Part shown: positions 39,901 to 56,244 of the stretch, piece by piece
How positions within the stretch are numbered: position 1 is the stretch's first letter
Layout: each line of letters opens with the position of its first letter
Source of the DNA: Octopus vulgaris
Lineage: Eukaryota
DNA length: 64,000 bases
NCBI GenBank assembly: GCA_951406725.2
Contig: OX597828.1
Location: 45,074,001 to 45,138,000, forward strand
Reading direction: 5' to 3'
The notes under the pieces: generated by a model
What the model was told of the DNA's origin: nothing
Seen by the model: the letters and a program-made list of their open reading frames with translations, nothing else
Databases searched by the model: none
Made by a program: the position numbers and the translations under genes

Positions 39901-39987
39901 AAATGTGTGTGTGCGTGTGTATGTGTGTGTGCATGTGCAGGTGTGTATGTGTGCACATGCACATTTGTGTGTCTGTGTGTGGTTATG

Positions 39988-40067
<80 letters not shown>

Positions 40068-40071
40068 TAGA

Positions 40072-40105
<34 letters not shown>

Positions 40106-40204
40106 AACAGATAGATAGATAGATAGATAGATACATACATACATACATACATACATACATAAACAGACAGACGGATGGACGCACAGACGGACGGATAGAC
40201 AGAC

Positions 40205-40274
<70 letters not shown>

Positions 40275-40336
40275 TTAGGTAGATAGATAGATAGATAGAT
40301 AGATAGATGGATAGACAGACAGACAGATAGATAGAC

Positions 40337-40377
<41 letters not shown>

Positions 40378-40428
40378 CATAGATAGATAAACAGACAGAC
40401 GGATGGACGGACAGATGGACGGATAGGC

Positions 40429-40479
<51 letters not shown>

Positions 40480-40480
40480 C
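39988..40480. repeat. Compound (GATA)n/(GACA)n microsatellite
   Basis: Directly visible. Confidence 0.95.
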
Positions 40481-41050
40481 AGCTTTTCGTCAAAATACAT
40501 TTTTATATAAATTTTATTGTCATTCCTATTTCTCTTTTCTTTTTGTGTTTTCTTTTGTGTTTTCTTTTCTGTCTCCATTAAATATCTTTAGAAATGGTAG
40601 AATGTGAACATGCAAATAAACCAGTCTGGTGAATATTAATGATGCCAAAACAGCTGTGTACGCAGCCTTGTTCTACATCTTTCTGTTTGGATTCATTAAA
40701 CTTTTATGCCATTTTCTCAACAAGATTATCCGCTCACGCCGTCCACAATTAGATCCAGCAGCAAAGTCTTGTTTGTCATGTCTGAGTGCACAGCACATGC
40801 ACACAACCACATATTTACACACACACACACACATACATACATACAAGTGCATGCATACACACACACACGAGTAAGTATGTACAAGTGTTTATATATGTTT
40901 TGCTGTTCTGTTTTGCCATAACAGGACCAATAACCAGTAATTCAATATACTTCCAGCCAAAACAGCTGTAAGCCAGTGAATGTCATTATGTAAGCCCTGC
41001 TCTTTTGTCCTTCATTTATTAAAAGTATACACACACACACACACACACAC

Positions 41051-43895
<2,845 letters not shown>

Positions 43896-44023
43896 TAAAC
43901 TTATACATATTAAAACAGGTTTCTAGAACCTACTTATACTTTATGAAAGACTAATTGATAATGTTAGTAAAATGATATCTAGCTTGTTTTTTGCTAACGA
44001 TATATTTGATAACGTTTCTCCTA

Positions 44024-45169
44024 TGAGGTGGTATCAAAAAGATCCCGGACTAGTTATGTTTGAAAAAAGAATAACTTATTTACCTAAGTTTTAACATCAT
44101 CATCATCATCATCATCATTTAACGTACGTTTTCCATGCTAGCATGGGTTGGATGGTTTGACCGGGGTCTGGGAAGCCAAGAGGCTGCACCAAGCTTCAGT
44201 CTGATCTGGCAGTGTTTCTACAGTTGGATGCCATTCCTAACGCCAACCACTCCATGAGTGTAGTGGGTGCTTTTTACATGCCACCGACACAGGGGCCGGA
44301 GGAGGCTGGTAATATCCATGATCGGTTGGTGCTTTTTACGTGCCACCAGCACAGACCCCAGTCAAGGCGGTGCTGGCATCGGCTCTCCTTTGAAATAATC
44401 ACCTTGCACAGCAAGGCACCGGTCCTGGCATTCCTGTCACTTTCGGAATCTGGCCTGGAAGTTGTTTCCCGTAAAAGAGTCGAGAACCTTCCACAATTTT
44501 CTCTGGATCTTGACAACAGTGTTAAAATGGCAATGTTTGAGCTGCATCTTCATCTTGGGGAAAGAGATGCAAGTCCACAAGTGCTAAATCTTGTGAATAG
44601 GGTGGGAGTAAAAGTGATACCATGTTGTTTTTGGCAGGAGTGAGGAGATGTCAGTGACAGGCTGCATTGCCTTCATGAACAATCCAATTGTTTGCACTCC
44701 ACAGATGTGGTTGCTTTCACCAAAGGTACTCCCTCAAACATTTTAAAATTTTGCAGTCAAACTCATGATTGACAGCCTGGCCCTGGGGGACGAATTCTCA
44801 ATGCACAATACCACGAATGTTGAAAAAATGATGAGAATGTTCTTGATTGAGCTGCAGCTCTTTTGTATCTTCTTCGGTCATGGATGACTGTTGCTTCCTC
44901 TCAGGGTTATACATGTAGCAGACTCCCCAGTTTAATGCAAAATTTCACATTGGCTCTTTGTTTACTTTCCTGTCCATGACAAAATTTCAGGCTACAGCAT
45001 ACATGATAACAAAAGTATAAATTTCACAATTTGTGAAGTAAACACAGTGATGTCATTTGGCACACTACCTCATGAAGGTCACTGCTAGTTCTCATTGTGC
45101 ATTCAACCATGTGCTGCCATCTACTGGTGCACAACAGATTTAGTTCGGGCACTTTTTGATACCACCTTA
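44024..45169 (-). mobile_element. Second mariner relic, with nested family-C insertion (44095-44380)
   Basis: TA-flanked TIRs tgaggtggtatcaaaaagatcccggacta / tagttcgggcactttttgataccacctta. The minus strand encodes QRANVKFCIKLG, PPYSQDLALVDLHLFPKMK (YSPDL motif) and CLAVQGDYFKG. Confidence 0.9.
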
Positions 45170-45677
45170 TACAATTATAGAGCACTAAAATTATGTGGAT
45201 TCAAAGAAAAGCTTACTTACATACCTACTTATCTGCTATCCCAAACTAAGAAGAGATACTAAAATAATATTTTTCAAAATTTGTATCCTTATTTATGAAG
45301 CATTTCCCTATTAATGATAGATACAAAAATATTTGATTTGAACAATCTTCAAATAGAATTGCACAGCTAAAATAAGTGAACATAACTGTATAGAAATATA
45401 TTAATGAATGACTACTGAATAAGACAGATAATATACTGAACTGATCATATATGTTGAAGAATTCATTTCTAATAAATCATAACATGATGTAGTTAGTAAG
45501 CACTACATAGGTATGACAGAAGGTACATTTAAAATTAGCTATTTCAGTTATAAATCTGATGTGATGATATGTAAATTTTCATTGATTTGTTATGAAAACT
45601 ACTTAAAAGTGCTCTAGACATTTTTATTTAATTCTTTTATGTATTTTAAAACTTATTGTATATAACCATCGTGAGTG

Positions 45678-45983
45678 AAAGCATGTGGCTTAGGGGTTAG
45701 AGTATACAGCTCACGATTTCAAGGTTGTGAGTTCAATTCCTAGCAATGCCTTGAGTCCTTGGACCAGACATTGCTCCAGTGCACTCAACTGGCAAAAATG
45801 AGTAGTACCTGTATTTCAAAGGACCACACTCCGTGTCAAGTTGAATCTCCCTGAGAACTACATTAAGGGTACACATGTCTGTAGAGTGTTCAGTTACATG
45901 CCCGTTAATTTCATGCATTGGCTGTTTCACTGGTTGGGTCAAGTGGAACCCTTATTGTCATAACCGACAGAGTGCCAGTTTTT
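45678..45983 (+). mobile_element. Family-F tRNA/CORE-like SINE
   Basis: tggcttaggggttagag and gagttcaattcc boxes plus a CORE-like segment. The tail gttaatttca...taaccga.agagtgcca recurs at 51120-51200. Confidence 0.7.
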
Positions 45984-46299
45984 AGAAATTATTATTGAGT
46001 ATAGAACTGCAAACAGAAAGATGAGGTTTGCAATACATATGTATACACACACACGCATGCATACACACACACATATACACACACACATATATAGAATTTT
46101 CTATTGAAAAATTACTTTTTCCTTCCCAGATGAAGGAGATTGAAACCCCAAATGCCAAATTTCTTCCTACTCCCCACAACATAAAAAAACTTATCTAAAC
46201 TCACAAATTCTATTATATGAGTTTTAACAATACAGATTACTATGTTTCCTTGAGGTGCCTTTTACACATCTTATATATATATATACATGCATGTATAAG

Positions 46300-46336
<37 letters not shown>

Positions 46337-46496
46337 GGTTTAGTGGTTAGGGTGCTTGGCTCATGACCGTAAAGTCACGAGTTCAATTCCCAATGGCAAG
46401 TTGTGTCCTTAAGCGAGAAACTTTTTTCAAGGTGATGCTCCAGCATGGCTGCAGTCAAATGACTGAAACAGCTAAAAGAATAAAACAAATAATAAA

Positions 46497-46783
46497 GTTC
46501 TATATTTAAGAGATGAGGAATTATGTACATTATTTACATTATTTACATTATTTACATTTGACGGATATTTCTCCTCATCTTGTTTGTTGTTAACACAATG
46601 TTTCGGCTGATATACCCTCCAGCCTTCATCAGGTGTCTTGGGGAAATTTTGAACCTGGCTTCTCATTCCTAAGGTATTTTTCGATGTTCTTGTTATTATC
46701 ATCATTATTATTATTATTCACATCACTGCCTAGAATTGAACTCGAAATCTTGGGGTTAGTAGCCCATGCTTTTAACCACTGCA
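46497..46783 (-). mobile_element. H1 element: tRNA-like head, (AAT)n, hammerhead-bearing tail
   Basis: Minus strand 46592-46637 reads gacac-CTGATGA-a-ggctg(gagggtatat)cagcc-GAAA-ca-TT-gtgtt. It has the same 3' end (aaatatagaac) as 56245-56529. Confidence 0.8.
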
Positions 46784-46871
46784 CAATATACTCGTAGTGG
46801 TTAAGAGTGCGGGCTACTAGCCCCAAGATTCTGAGTTTGATTCCAAGCAGTGACCTGAACAATACTACTAC

Positions 46872-46902
<31 letters not shown>

Positions 46903-46904
46903 CT

Positions 46905-47308
46905 CTCTCTTTTTACTCTTTTACTTGTTTCAGTCATTTGACTGCAGCCATGCTGGAGCACCGCCTTTAGTCGATCAAATCGACCCCGGGACTTATTCTT
47001 TGTAAGCCCAGTACTTATTCTATCAGTGTCTTTTGCCGAACCGCTAAGTGACGGGGACGTAAACACACCAGCATCGGTTGTCAAGTAATGCTAGGGGGAC
47101 AAACACAGACACACAAACACACACACATATATATATATATACATATATACGACAAGCCTCTTTCAGTTTTCGTCTACCAAATCCACTCACAAGGCATTGG
47201 TCGGCCCGGGGCTATAGCAGAAGATACTTGCCCAAGATGCCACGCAGTGGGACTGAACCCGCAACCATGTGGTTGGTTAGCAAGCTACTTACCACACAGT
47301 CACTCCTG
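46905..47308 (-). mobile_element. Family-A SINE nested in H1
   Basis: Reverse-complement match to family A. Confidence 0.9.
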
Positions 47309-47345
47309 TATAATAATAATAATAATAATGATCATAATAATAATC

Positions 47346-47397
<52 letters not shown>

Positions 47398-47398
<1 letters not shown>

Positions 47399-48061
47399 GG
47401 CAGTGGCTCTCATGGCTTCTGATCTTAACTGATTGGAAGTGTTATCATGTACATTGTTTTGTCTTGGTATAAAAGATGGGCTACAGCAAATATTCTGCTC
47501 AATACCACAGATTTGCTTGTCAGTTGTTTGACCTTAACCAGTTGACCATGTCCCTTAGTGGCTGACAATATGTGCATCTCTGATCACGAGCAGAAGTAGT
47601 GGGGGAGCATCATAGCCATGTGTTGAGAGGGATTCTTTGGGGTTTGAATAATTCACCTCTGGAAACATGGGTGGTTCTTTCAACATCCTTAAACAACCCT
47701 TATTCAGGGACCTTTTGAGCGGGATGGGCTACTCAACCTGAAGAAAATTCTAACTGGGCCCCACCTGCAAGGTCATGTGCTGTTTATCTTGATATGAGAT
47801 CATCATGTCGCGCACATATGGTTGTGATGCATGTGCCTGGTGTACCTTTATCAGACGGGTAGTCATGATGGGTATATTGGGCTTCGTATATTTTACCCCA
47901 CTTTGATGGCATGCACTGCTCTCTCACACAATAATAATAATAATAAATATATGGCACCCTAGGCATAACACCAACATGAACTTCCAGCTTGTTGTCTCTG
48001 GAGGTCTCTGGGTGAGACTTGGAGCCAACTTGAACAAATGTAAAGCAAAAGTCAAAAATAG

Positions 48062-48062
<1 letters not shown>
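47398..48062 (+). mobile_element. Two unclassified segments each bounded by (TAA)n, probably retroelement 3' ends
   Basis: 47398-47930 and 47952-48062 each sit between (AAT)n tracts. No protein motif was recognised. Confidence 0.4.
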
Positions 48063-48063
<1 letters not shown>

Positions 48064-48124
<61 letters not shown>

Positions 48125-48419
48125 AAGAAGAAGAAGAAGAAGAAGAAGAAGAAGGAGAAGGAGAAGAAGAAGGAGAAGGAGAAGGAGAAGGAGAAGAAGA
48201 AGAAGAAGAAGAAGAAGAAGAAGAAGAAGAAGAAGAAGAAGAAGAAGAAGGAGGAGAAGAAGAAGGAGAAGGAGAAGGAGAAGGAGAAGAAGAAGAAGAA
48301 GAAGGAGGAGGAGGAGGAGGAGGAGGAGAAGAAGAAGAAGAAGAAGAAGAAGAAGAAGAAGAAGAAGAAGAAGAAGAAGAAGAAGAAGAAGAGAAGAAGA
48401 AGAAGAAGAAGAAGAAGAA
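48064..48419. repeat. (TAA)n followed by about 300 bp of pure purine (GAA/GGA)n
   Basis: Directly visible. Confidence 0.95.
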
Positions 48420-49227
48420 CATAGAAAAATACCATAGGAATGAGAACCCAGGTTCGAAATTTCCCCCAAGACACCTGATAAAGGCTGGGGGGTATATCAG
48501 CCGAAACATTGAGTTAACAACAAACAAGATGAGGAGAAATATCTGGCAAATGTAAATAATGTCAAACAAAGAATATATATATGTTTGTATGTATGTATGT
48601 ATTTCTTGTTTATCCAACAATTTATGTCAACAAACCCATATCTGCTGGCATTTTTATTATCTGCTTTACACAACAATATTATTTAGCTATAAACCTTTAT
48701 TTGTGCTGCATAAACATTTATTTTGTGATAAACGTTGGAGTTGGGGGAGACTTAGTTTTTGTCCTGTTTGGACAATAATCAAAGAGGGACATGCACTTTT
48801 GAGATGATTACATAAATAGTTAACGAACAATTTATAAGGATGTTAGGACAGTTTAGTAGCTTTGATTGCGTGAATGCTAATGAGAAATGAGGATAGTTTG
48901 ATAATACTGGAAGTGGTGTTGGATTCTGAACGAGAGAAACTGAAAACGTTTGATTAAATTTGATGCCTGCCTTAATTGCATTATATAAACCAGTTGATTA
49001 AGTCAGTTTGTAATATGAGTACAAGACTACCGTCCTGTTGTCACAGTGGTGGCCATCATGCAAGAACTGTTTGCAATGATACATAAGCAATCATGTACAT
49101 AAATAAATATTCATGTATCTGATTAAATGTAAAACAAAACAAACAAAAAAACCGAAGAAAAACGAACCAAAATAGCAGAAGGTTGATGACTTAAAGACAA
49201 GATATGTTATACAAACATTGATATCTA

Positions 49228-50025
49228 TAGATGCAGGTATGGTTGTGTGGTAAGAAGCTTGTTTCTCAGCCACATGGCTCCAGGTTCAGTCCTACTGTAT
49301 GGTACCTTGGCTAAATGTCTTCTGCTATGGCCTCAGGCTGACCAGAGCCTTGTCAGTGGATTTGGTAGGCAGAACCTGGAGGAAGCCCTGTGTGGTAAGA
49401 AGATGGCTTCCCAACCACATGGTTCCAGGTTCAGTCCCACTGCAGGGCATCTTGGGCAAGTGTTTTCTACTATAGCCTTGGTCCAACCAAAGCCTTGTGA
49501 GTGGATTTGGTGGATGGAAACTGAAAGAAGCTCCGTACCGGTGGCATGTAAAAAGCACCATCCGACCGTGGCCGTTGCCAGCTTCGTCTGGTCTCTGTGC
49601 CGGTGGCACGTAAAAAGCACCCACTACACTCACGGAGTGGTTGGCATTAGGAAGGGCATCCAGCTGTAGAAACACTGCCAGATCAGACTGGGCCTGGTGC
49701 AGCCATCTGGCTTCCCAGACCCAAGTTGAACCGTCCAACCCATGCTAGCAAGGAAAGTGGATGTTAAACGATGATGATGATGATAATGATGATGATGATG
49801 TATGTAGGTTTTATGTATTTGTGTGTCTGTGTTTGTCCCCCGCCACCACCATCACTTGACATCTGATGTGGGTATGTTTACGTCCCTGAAACTTAGTGGT
49901 TCGGTAACAGAGACCGATAGAATTAGTACTAGACTTGCAAAGAATAAGTCCTGGGGGTGATTCATTTGACTAAAGACGGTGCTCCAGCATGGCCACAGTC
50001 AAAATGACTGAAACAAATAAATGAG
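49228..50025 (+). mobile_element. Family-A SINE (duplicated 5' half) split by a family-C insertion (49533-49800)
   Basis: Collinear A halves flank the C copy. Confidence 0.8.
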
Positions 50026-50277
50026 ATATATATATATTTAAGTTGCAATATATGGATTTAAGTAATCCAGTAGTAATCACAGCAAAAGCTTCTTAATACA
50101 TCTTTGTACAAACCATAGATTATTTGCATGCTATTGAGTTATGAAACAATTTGTCATGATTATAGGATTTTTCTTATTGTTCTTTTATTCTTTTACCTGT
50201 TTCAGTCATTTGATTGTGGCCATGCTGGATCACTGCTATTAAGTAAAATTTTATCAAAATATCTCTCTGTCTTTTAT

Positions 50278-50319
<42 letters not shown>

Positions 50320-50422
50320 TTATATCTTCGTTACAAAATCATAAATTAGGAGAAGTGCATACCCTATAAAATATAGAGCAGTTATTTATTTGTGTATGTG
50401 TAACGTAAGTTTAGGAAAAAAT

Positions 50423-50706
50423 CCTTGGTTTCATATCTAGCGTGAACTAGACATCTCTTCAGTGTCTCTAAACAGTAACCGTTCTCTACAAAGAATGTTT
50501 GTTTTAAAACACAAGAACGCCAGTGATAGTTCAAGAAATAAGCCTCTTAAAAAATATGGCCTGGCAAGTTGTCTTCCATCGCCTGATAGCTAGGCTTTCC
50601 AGTTTTGAAGTAAAAATTTCTGAAAGTGTGGACAACACCCTATGGCTTCCGTCCTAGAGTTAAGGTAGCCTTTTAGCTCATGTGAGTTCATGAGAATTAT
50701 AAATCT
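50423..50706 (-). mobile_element. Inverted terminal copy of the Penelope-like element (ORF end, 3' region, hammerhead remnant)
   Basis: 50659-50706 is a diverged reverse complement of 51068-51115 and encodes FIILMNSHELKGYLNSRTEAIGCCPHFQKFLLQNWKA*. The minus strand at 50423-50465 reads CTGAAGA-g-atgtctag(ttcacg)ctagatat-GAAA-ccaagg. Confidence 0.8.
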
Positions 50707-50730
50707 GGCAGCCAAACAAAATTTAGGGAT

Positions 50731-51115
50731 GAATGCCCCATGGACGGCCGATGTAACAATGAGGCTACAGCATACCAAGCAAAGGTGGCCTCAAACGGAA
50801 GCAGCACAAATATCAATAACATCAATGCCAACACAGTGTCACAAACTAAAATTTATGACGGATCTTGTGAATCCAGATTTAAAATTCGCCTGAAAAATCA
50901 CAGATCTTCTTTCAGGGTCCCAGAAAGGTACATCGCAACAACACTTGCAACATATGTATGGTGCCTAAAGGATAATCATACACCCTTTTAACATCAGGTG
51001 GAAACTATTGGAAACTTGAGAACCCTATCGTAATGGAACATGACTCTGTAAATTGTGTTTGGCAGAAAGATTTATAATCCTCATGGATTCACATGAGCCA
51101 GGAGGCTACCTTAAC
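50731..51115 (+). pseudogene. Penelope-like element GIY-YIG endonuclease relic
   Basis: ECPMDGRCNNEATAYQAKV...IYDGSCESRFKIRLKNHRSSF...TTLATYVWCLKD / FNIRWKLLET*EPYRNGT*LCKLCLAERFIIL...GYLN matches the PLE C-terminal GIY-YIG pattern. It has one frameshift and two stops. Confidence 0.85.
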
Positions 51116-52741
51116 TTCACATGTTAATTTCACATGCAGGCAGTTCCATTGATTAGAACAAATGGTACCCACTTCATCATAACCGATGGAGTACCAATTT
51201 TATTTTTGCTTAAGGAATTAGGTATGACTTAAAGTAAATTTGTCTACTATTTTGCTATTTTCAGTTGTTCAAACAATTCTGTAGAACCATGTTCCTTGGT
51301 TCAATATAGAATAGCATCTTGTGATATCAATAAAAATGAGATTAAATTCTATCATTTTTTTTACCTTTCTACCTCTTTTATTATGATAACAAAATTATAA
51401 TGCTACATTGTGTAGATTTTGGCACTGCTTTGCATAACTACCTCTCAGAATTTATATTCACAGACTGATTCTGTTGCTTATTAGATTTAAATACTGTTAT
51501 ATAGAAATATTGTTATAGAAATATCGTCAACCTTGGAAATAATAGCTTCGAATTTTGGCACCGGGCCATTATTTTTTGGGGGAAGCGGGGAGTCAGTTAC
51601 ATCAACTCCAGTGTTTGACTGGTACTTATTTTATTGTTCCAAAAGGACAAAGGCAAAATCAACCATGGCAGAAATTGAACTCAGAATGTAAAGACAGATA
51701 AAATGCCACTAAGAATTTTACTTGACATGCTAACAGTTCTGCCAGCATGCTGCCTTATCCTTGGAAACAATAAAAATCATGTGAAGTGTAATAGAAGTAT
51801 GAAGAATAAGTGGCTATGGGTAAGAAGCTTACTTGCCAACCATGTACTCTTGGGTACAGTACCTTGGGCAAGTAGCTGAAACTATAACCTTGGGCTGACT
51901 AAAGCCTTGTGAATTATTCTGGCATACAGAAACTTAAAGAAGCCCTTCCCATATACATATATATGTATATATGTGTGTATGTATATGTGTGTGTCTTTGT
52001 GGTTGTCTCCTACTATCACGTGACAATCAGTACTGGCTTGTTTGCATCCCTGTTAACATAGCAGATGGACAGGCTGCATGAGGTACTGACGAAAGAACAA
52101 TGACTCTTGAAATATCCACATACACTCATCACCTATTTTCTCTGACTTTGATCACATTGTTTACATAGACATATTCTTTTAAAAAACATTGTAACTTGCA
52201 GTGCTAGCTCTGAATTCTATAGGGAATCTATAGAGATAAACTTTAAATTGAAGCCAAAATTGCAAAGATGATCAGGAACTCAACTGAGGATAGAAAACTC
52301 CGAATGACCCGTTCTTGTTTTCTTTGTATTGTCTGTCTGGATTTTTTGTTGTCCCTCTTTTGTATCACCTAACTGTTTGGATGTTTTGCATTCTTGTCCC
52401 ATTTTTGTATTTTATAACTGAACAGTTATCTTCCTTACCCACAATAATAACAATAATAACGATAGCCAATTACCTCCCCATATTTTACTACTTGTGAAGT
52501 CATTCACTCGTAAATATCATTACACACAACATGGACAAAATTTCTTCTTAAGAAAATGCACATTCAAATAAGTAAACCATAATATCATGAATAGCAGTAG
52601 CGAAACCGGTTGATATATTAAAAATTATATTAAAACTATGTAAAGTGTGAGTATTTTTCTTTTTTAATTTCTTATATATATTACAACTCACGATGTGGGG
52701 ATAATCGAAATTCCTCCTTTCTGTTACTATTACTACTACTA

Positions 52742-53160
52742 TAGGCGCAGGAGTGGCTGTGTGGTAAGTAGCTTGCTAACCAACCACATGGTTGCGGGTT
52801 CAGTCCCACTGCGTGGCATCTTGGGCAAGTGTCTTCTGCTATAGCCTCGGGCCGACCAATGCCTTGTGAGTGGATTTGGTAGACGGAAACTGAAAGAAGC
52901 CTGTCGTATATATGTATATATATATAAGTGTGTGTGTGTATATGTTTGTGTGTCTGTGTTTGTCCCCCTAGCATTACTTGACAACCGATGCTGGTGTGTT
53001 TACGTCCACGTCACTTAGCGGTTCGGCAAAAGAGACCGATAGAATAAGTACTGGGCTTACAAAGAATAAGTCCCGGGGTCGATTTGCTCGACTAAAGGCG
53101 GTGCTCCAGCATGGCCGCAGTCAAATGACTGAAACAAGTAAAAGAGTAAAGAGTAAAGAG
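52742..53160 (+). mobile_element. Family-A SINE, full length, low divergence
   Basis: Near-identical to the 2391, 6859 and 46905 copies. Confidence 0.92.
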
Positions 53161-53423
53161 TATATATATATATATATATATCATTATCCTTATCCTCATT
53201 TAATGTCTGTTTTCCATGCTGGCATGGGCTAGACAGAAAGTTGCACCAGGTTCCAATCATATATTTTGGCTTGGTTCTTATGGCTAGATGGCCTTCCTAA
53301 CGCCAACCACTCAGTTCGTGTAGTGGGTGCTTTTTACATGCCAGGCGAGGCTGGCAATGGCCACAATCGGTTGGTGCTTTTTACGTGCCACCGGCACAGA
53401 GGCCAGTCGAGGTGGCACTGGCA

Positions 53424-53467
<44 letters not shown>

Positions 53468-53704
53468 GCACACAATTATGCACATGCTGAAAAGCTGACA
53501 CACATATCCATATATGTTTGTGTGTGTCTGTGTGTGTGGTTGTGTGTGTACTACAATATCCAGTGGCTTCTTTTCTCTTAAGACAACAGGGAGTGATCTG
53601 ATTGCTAATTTGATTGCTACTTCTAGCAAGTCGACCAACAACATAGTGACCACCTCCTTTGTTCAATGTCAAAGAAATTTCTGCGATAGTGCTTTAATAT
53701 ATAC

Positions 53705-53925
53705 TCTTTTCTCTTTTAATTGTTTCAGTCATTTGACAGTGGCCATGCTGGAGCACCGCCTTTAGTCAAGCAAATCGACCCCAGGTCTTATTCTTTGTGA
53801 GCCTAGTACTTATTCCATCAATCTCTTTTGCTGAACTGTTAAGTTACGGGGACGTAAACACACCAGCATTGGTTGTCAAGCGATGTTGGGAGGACAAACA
53901 CAGACATACAAACATATACACACAC

Positions 53926-53977
<52 letters not shown>

Positions 53978-54900
53978 TAGCAGTATCGCCCGGCGTTGCT
54001 CAGGTTTGTAAGGGAAATAACTATAAAGCATTTTTAGAGAGTTATAGCCAAAAAATAGCAAACAAATGGAAAAAAATGATGGTAAATTTTTTTTGAGAGT
54101 TAAAAAAGGATGGAGTTGCGTCCCCTAGACAGTTTGTGGTTCGTGTTTCTGATTCTCGACCCCATGTCGAATTTATCGATTTTCTTCAGAACTGGGGGAA
54201 CTTTTCAAAATTTTGGCTGCGTTAGTTTTGAATTATGACATTGGGCTATGTGTGTGTCAAGTTTCATCCGAATCGGTTGGAAGCCGTGGTCAGGGTGAGG
54301 GTACAAGCAAACAGACACACAGAAACACGCACAGACAAACTGCCGTTTATATATAGAGAGATATATGTATATATATATATATAACCAGCCAGGATCCCTG
54401 GTCTGGTGGTACGTAAAAAGCACTATCCGACTCGTGGCCGATGCCAGCACCGCCTCGACTGGCTTCCGTGCTGGTGGCACATAAAATACACCAATCTGAC
54501 CGTGGCCGTTGCCAGCCCCGCCTGGCCCCTGTGCAGGTGGCACGTAAAAAGCACCCACTACACTCACGGAGTGGTTGGCGTTAGGAAGGGCATCCAGCTG
54601 TAGAAACATTGCCAGATTAGACTGGAGCCTGGTGCAGCCTTCTGGCTTCCCAGAACCCCGGTCGAACCGTCCAACCCATGCTAGCATGGAGAACGGACGT
54701 TAAACGACGATGATGATGATGATGATACATAGGACAGGATTCTTTCAGTTTCTGTCTACCAAATCCACTCACAAGGCTTTGGTTGGCCCGAGGCTATAGT
54801 AGAAGACACATGGCCAAGGTGCCATGCAGTGTGGGGCTGAACCTGAAACCATGTGGTTCATAAGCAAGCTACTTACCACACAGCCACTCCTGCGCCTATA
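53705..54900 (-). mobile_element. Family-A SINE split at its internal microsatellite by a Helitron and a family-C copy
   Basis: 3' half at 53705-53930 and 5' half at 54730-54900; C at 54385-54725 (+). Confidence 0.8.
53977..54361 (-). mobile_element. Non-autonomous Helitron
   Basis: Minus strand begins TC and ends CTAG, inserted between A and T with no TSD. A GC-rich subterminal hairpin (cctgagcaacgccggg) precedes the CTAG. Confidence 0.85.
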
Positions 54901-55358
54901 TATTTGATTGTTGTTATTTTCTTTTTACTTTTCTGTCCTTCATATCAAAATGGTACCTAACAAGATTACACATGAGAACTGTGTGAATTTGGCACTGCCT
55001 TCCTACAATTATATCAAGTATAATGCCTTCTATAGTTGCCCACCACTCAGCATGTATATGTTATTTACAAAGTGCTTTTTGTTTATTAAATTAAATTAAA
55101 ACAGCATAATCATATGGAAATATTGTTACAGAACTTTATTCTTCCTTGGAAATTATAAAAGCTACGTGAAGCATGACAAGCCTTTGAGGTGTATGATTTT
55201 ACATATTCATTTATAGTTCCAAATGCAATCATTCAGTCTTTTACAAACCATATTTTCTTTTTAAAAAAGCAGCCATTTTCTTAATGCCTGGTTGTTAGAA
55301 GGAAATTTGGAGAAAATGATACATAGACGTTCAACATTAACCAACGTAGCTACCTACC

Positions 55359-56071
55359 TATGTATGTATGTATGTATGTATGTATGTATGTATGTATGTA
55401 TGTATGTATGTATGTATGTATGTATGTATGTATGTATTTATGTATGTATGTATGTATTTATGTATGTATGTATGTATGTATGTATGTATGTATGTATGTA
55501 TGTATGTATGTATGTATGTATTTATGTATGTATGTATTTATGTATGTATGTATGTATTTATGTATGTATGTATGTATTTATGTATGTATGTATTTATGTA
55601 TGTATGTATGTATTTATGTATGTATGTATGTATTTATGTATGTATGTATGTATTTATGTATGTATGTATTTATGTATGTATGTATGTATGTATTTATGTA
55701 TGTATGTATTTATGTATTTATGTATGTATGTATGTATTTATGTATGTATGTATGTATGTATGTATGTATTATGTATGTATGTATGTATGTATGTATGTAT
55801 GTATGTATATGTATGTATGTATGTATGTATTTATGTATGTATGTATTTATGTATTTACCTATGTATGTATCTCTCTCTGTACTCTCTATGTATGTATTTC
55901 TATCTCTATTATTTTCTATGCTCTCTACCTCTCTACCTCTTTACCTACTTATCTCTCTCTCTCACTCTCTCCTTCTATCTCTCTTTTTCTGTCTCTCTCT
56001 CTACCTCTCCTCTCTCTCTCTCTCCCTCTCTCTTCTCTCTCTCTCTCTGTCTGCCTGCCTGTCTGTCTGTC

Positions 56072-56102
<31 letters not shown>

Positions 56103-56182
56103 CGATCTATCTATCTATCTATCTATCTTTCTGTCTGCCTGCCTGCCTGCCTGCCTGTCTGTCTGCCTGCCTGTCTGCCTGC

Positions 56183-56238
<56 letters not shown>
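55359..56238. repeat. Compound (TATG)n, (CT)n, (CTGC)n, (CTAT)n microsatellite
   Basis: Directly visible; it is the source of the three ORFs of about 300 aa. Confidence 0.95.
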
Positions 56239-56244
56239 GCCCAT

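Larger units (their letters stand above)
46793..48560 (+). mobile_element. H1 element, head-to-head with the previous copy, expanded by nested insertions in its (AAT)n
   Basis: Head at 46793-46862; tail at 48420-48560 with motif gacac-CTGATAA-a-ggctg..cagcc-GAAA (48470-48506). Confidence 0.7.

Noticed and set aside
51010-51045. In-frame TGA codons in the GIY-YIG relic as possible selenocysteine
   Set aside because: They do not fall at the conserved Cys positions and the copy is frameshifted. Ordinary decay such as CGA to TGA is simpler.
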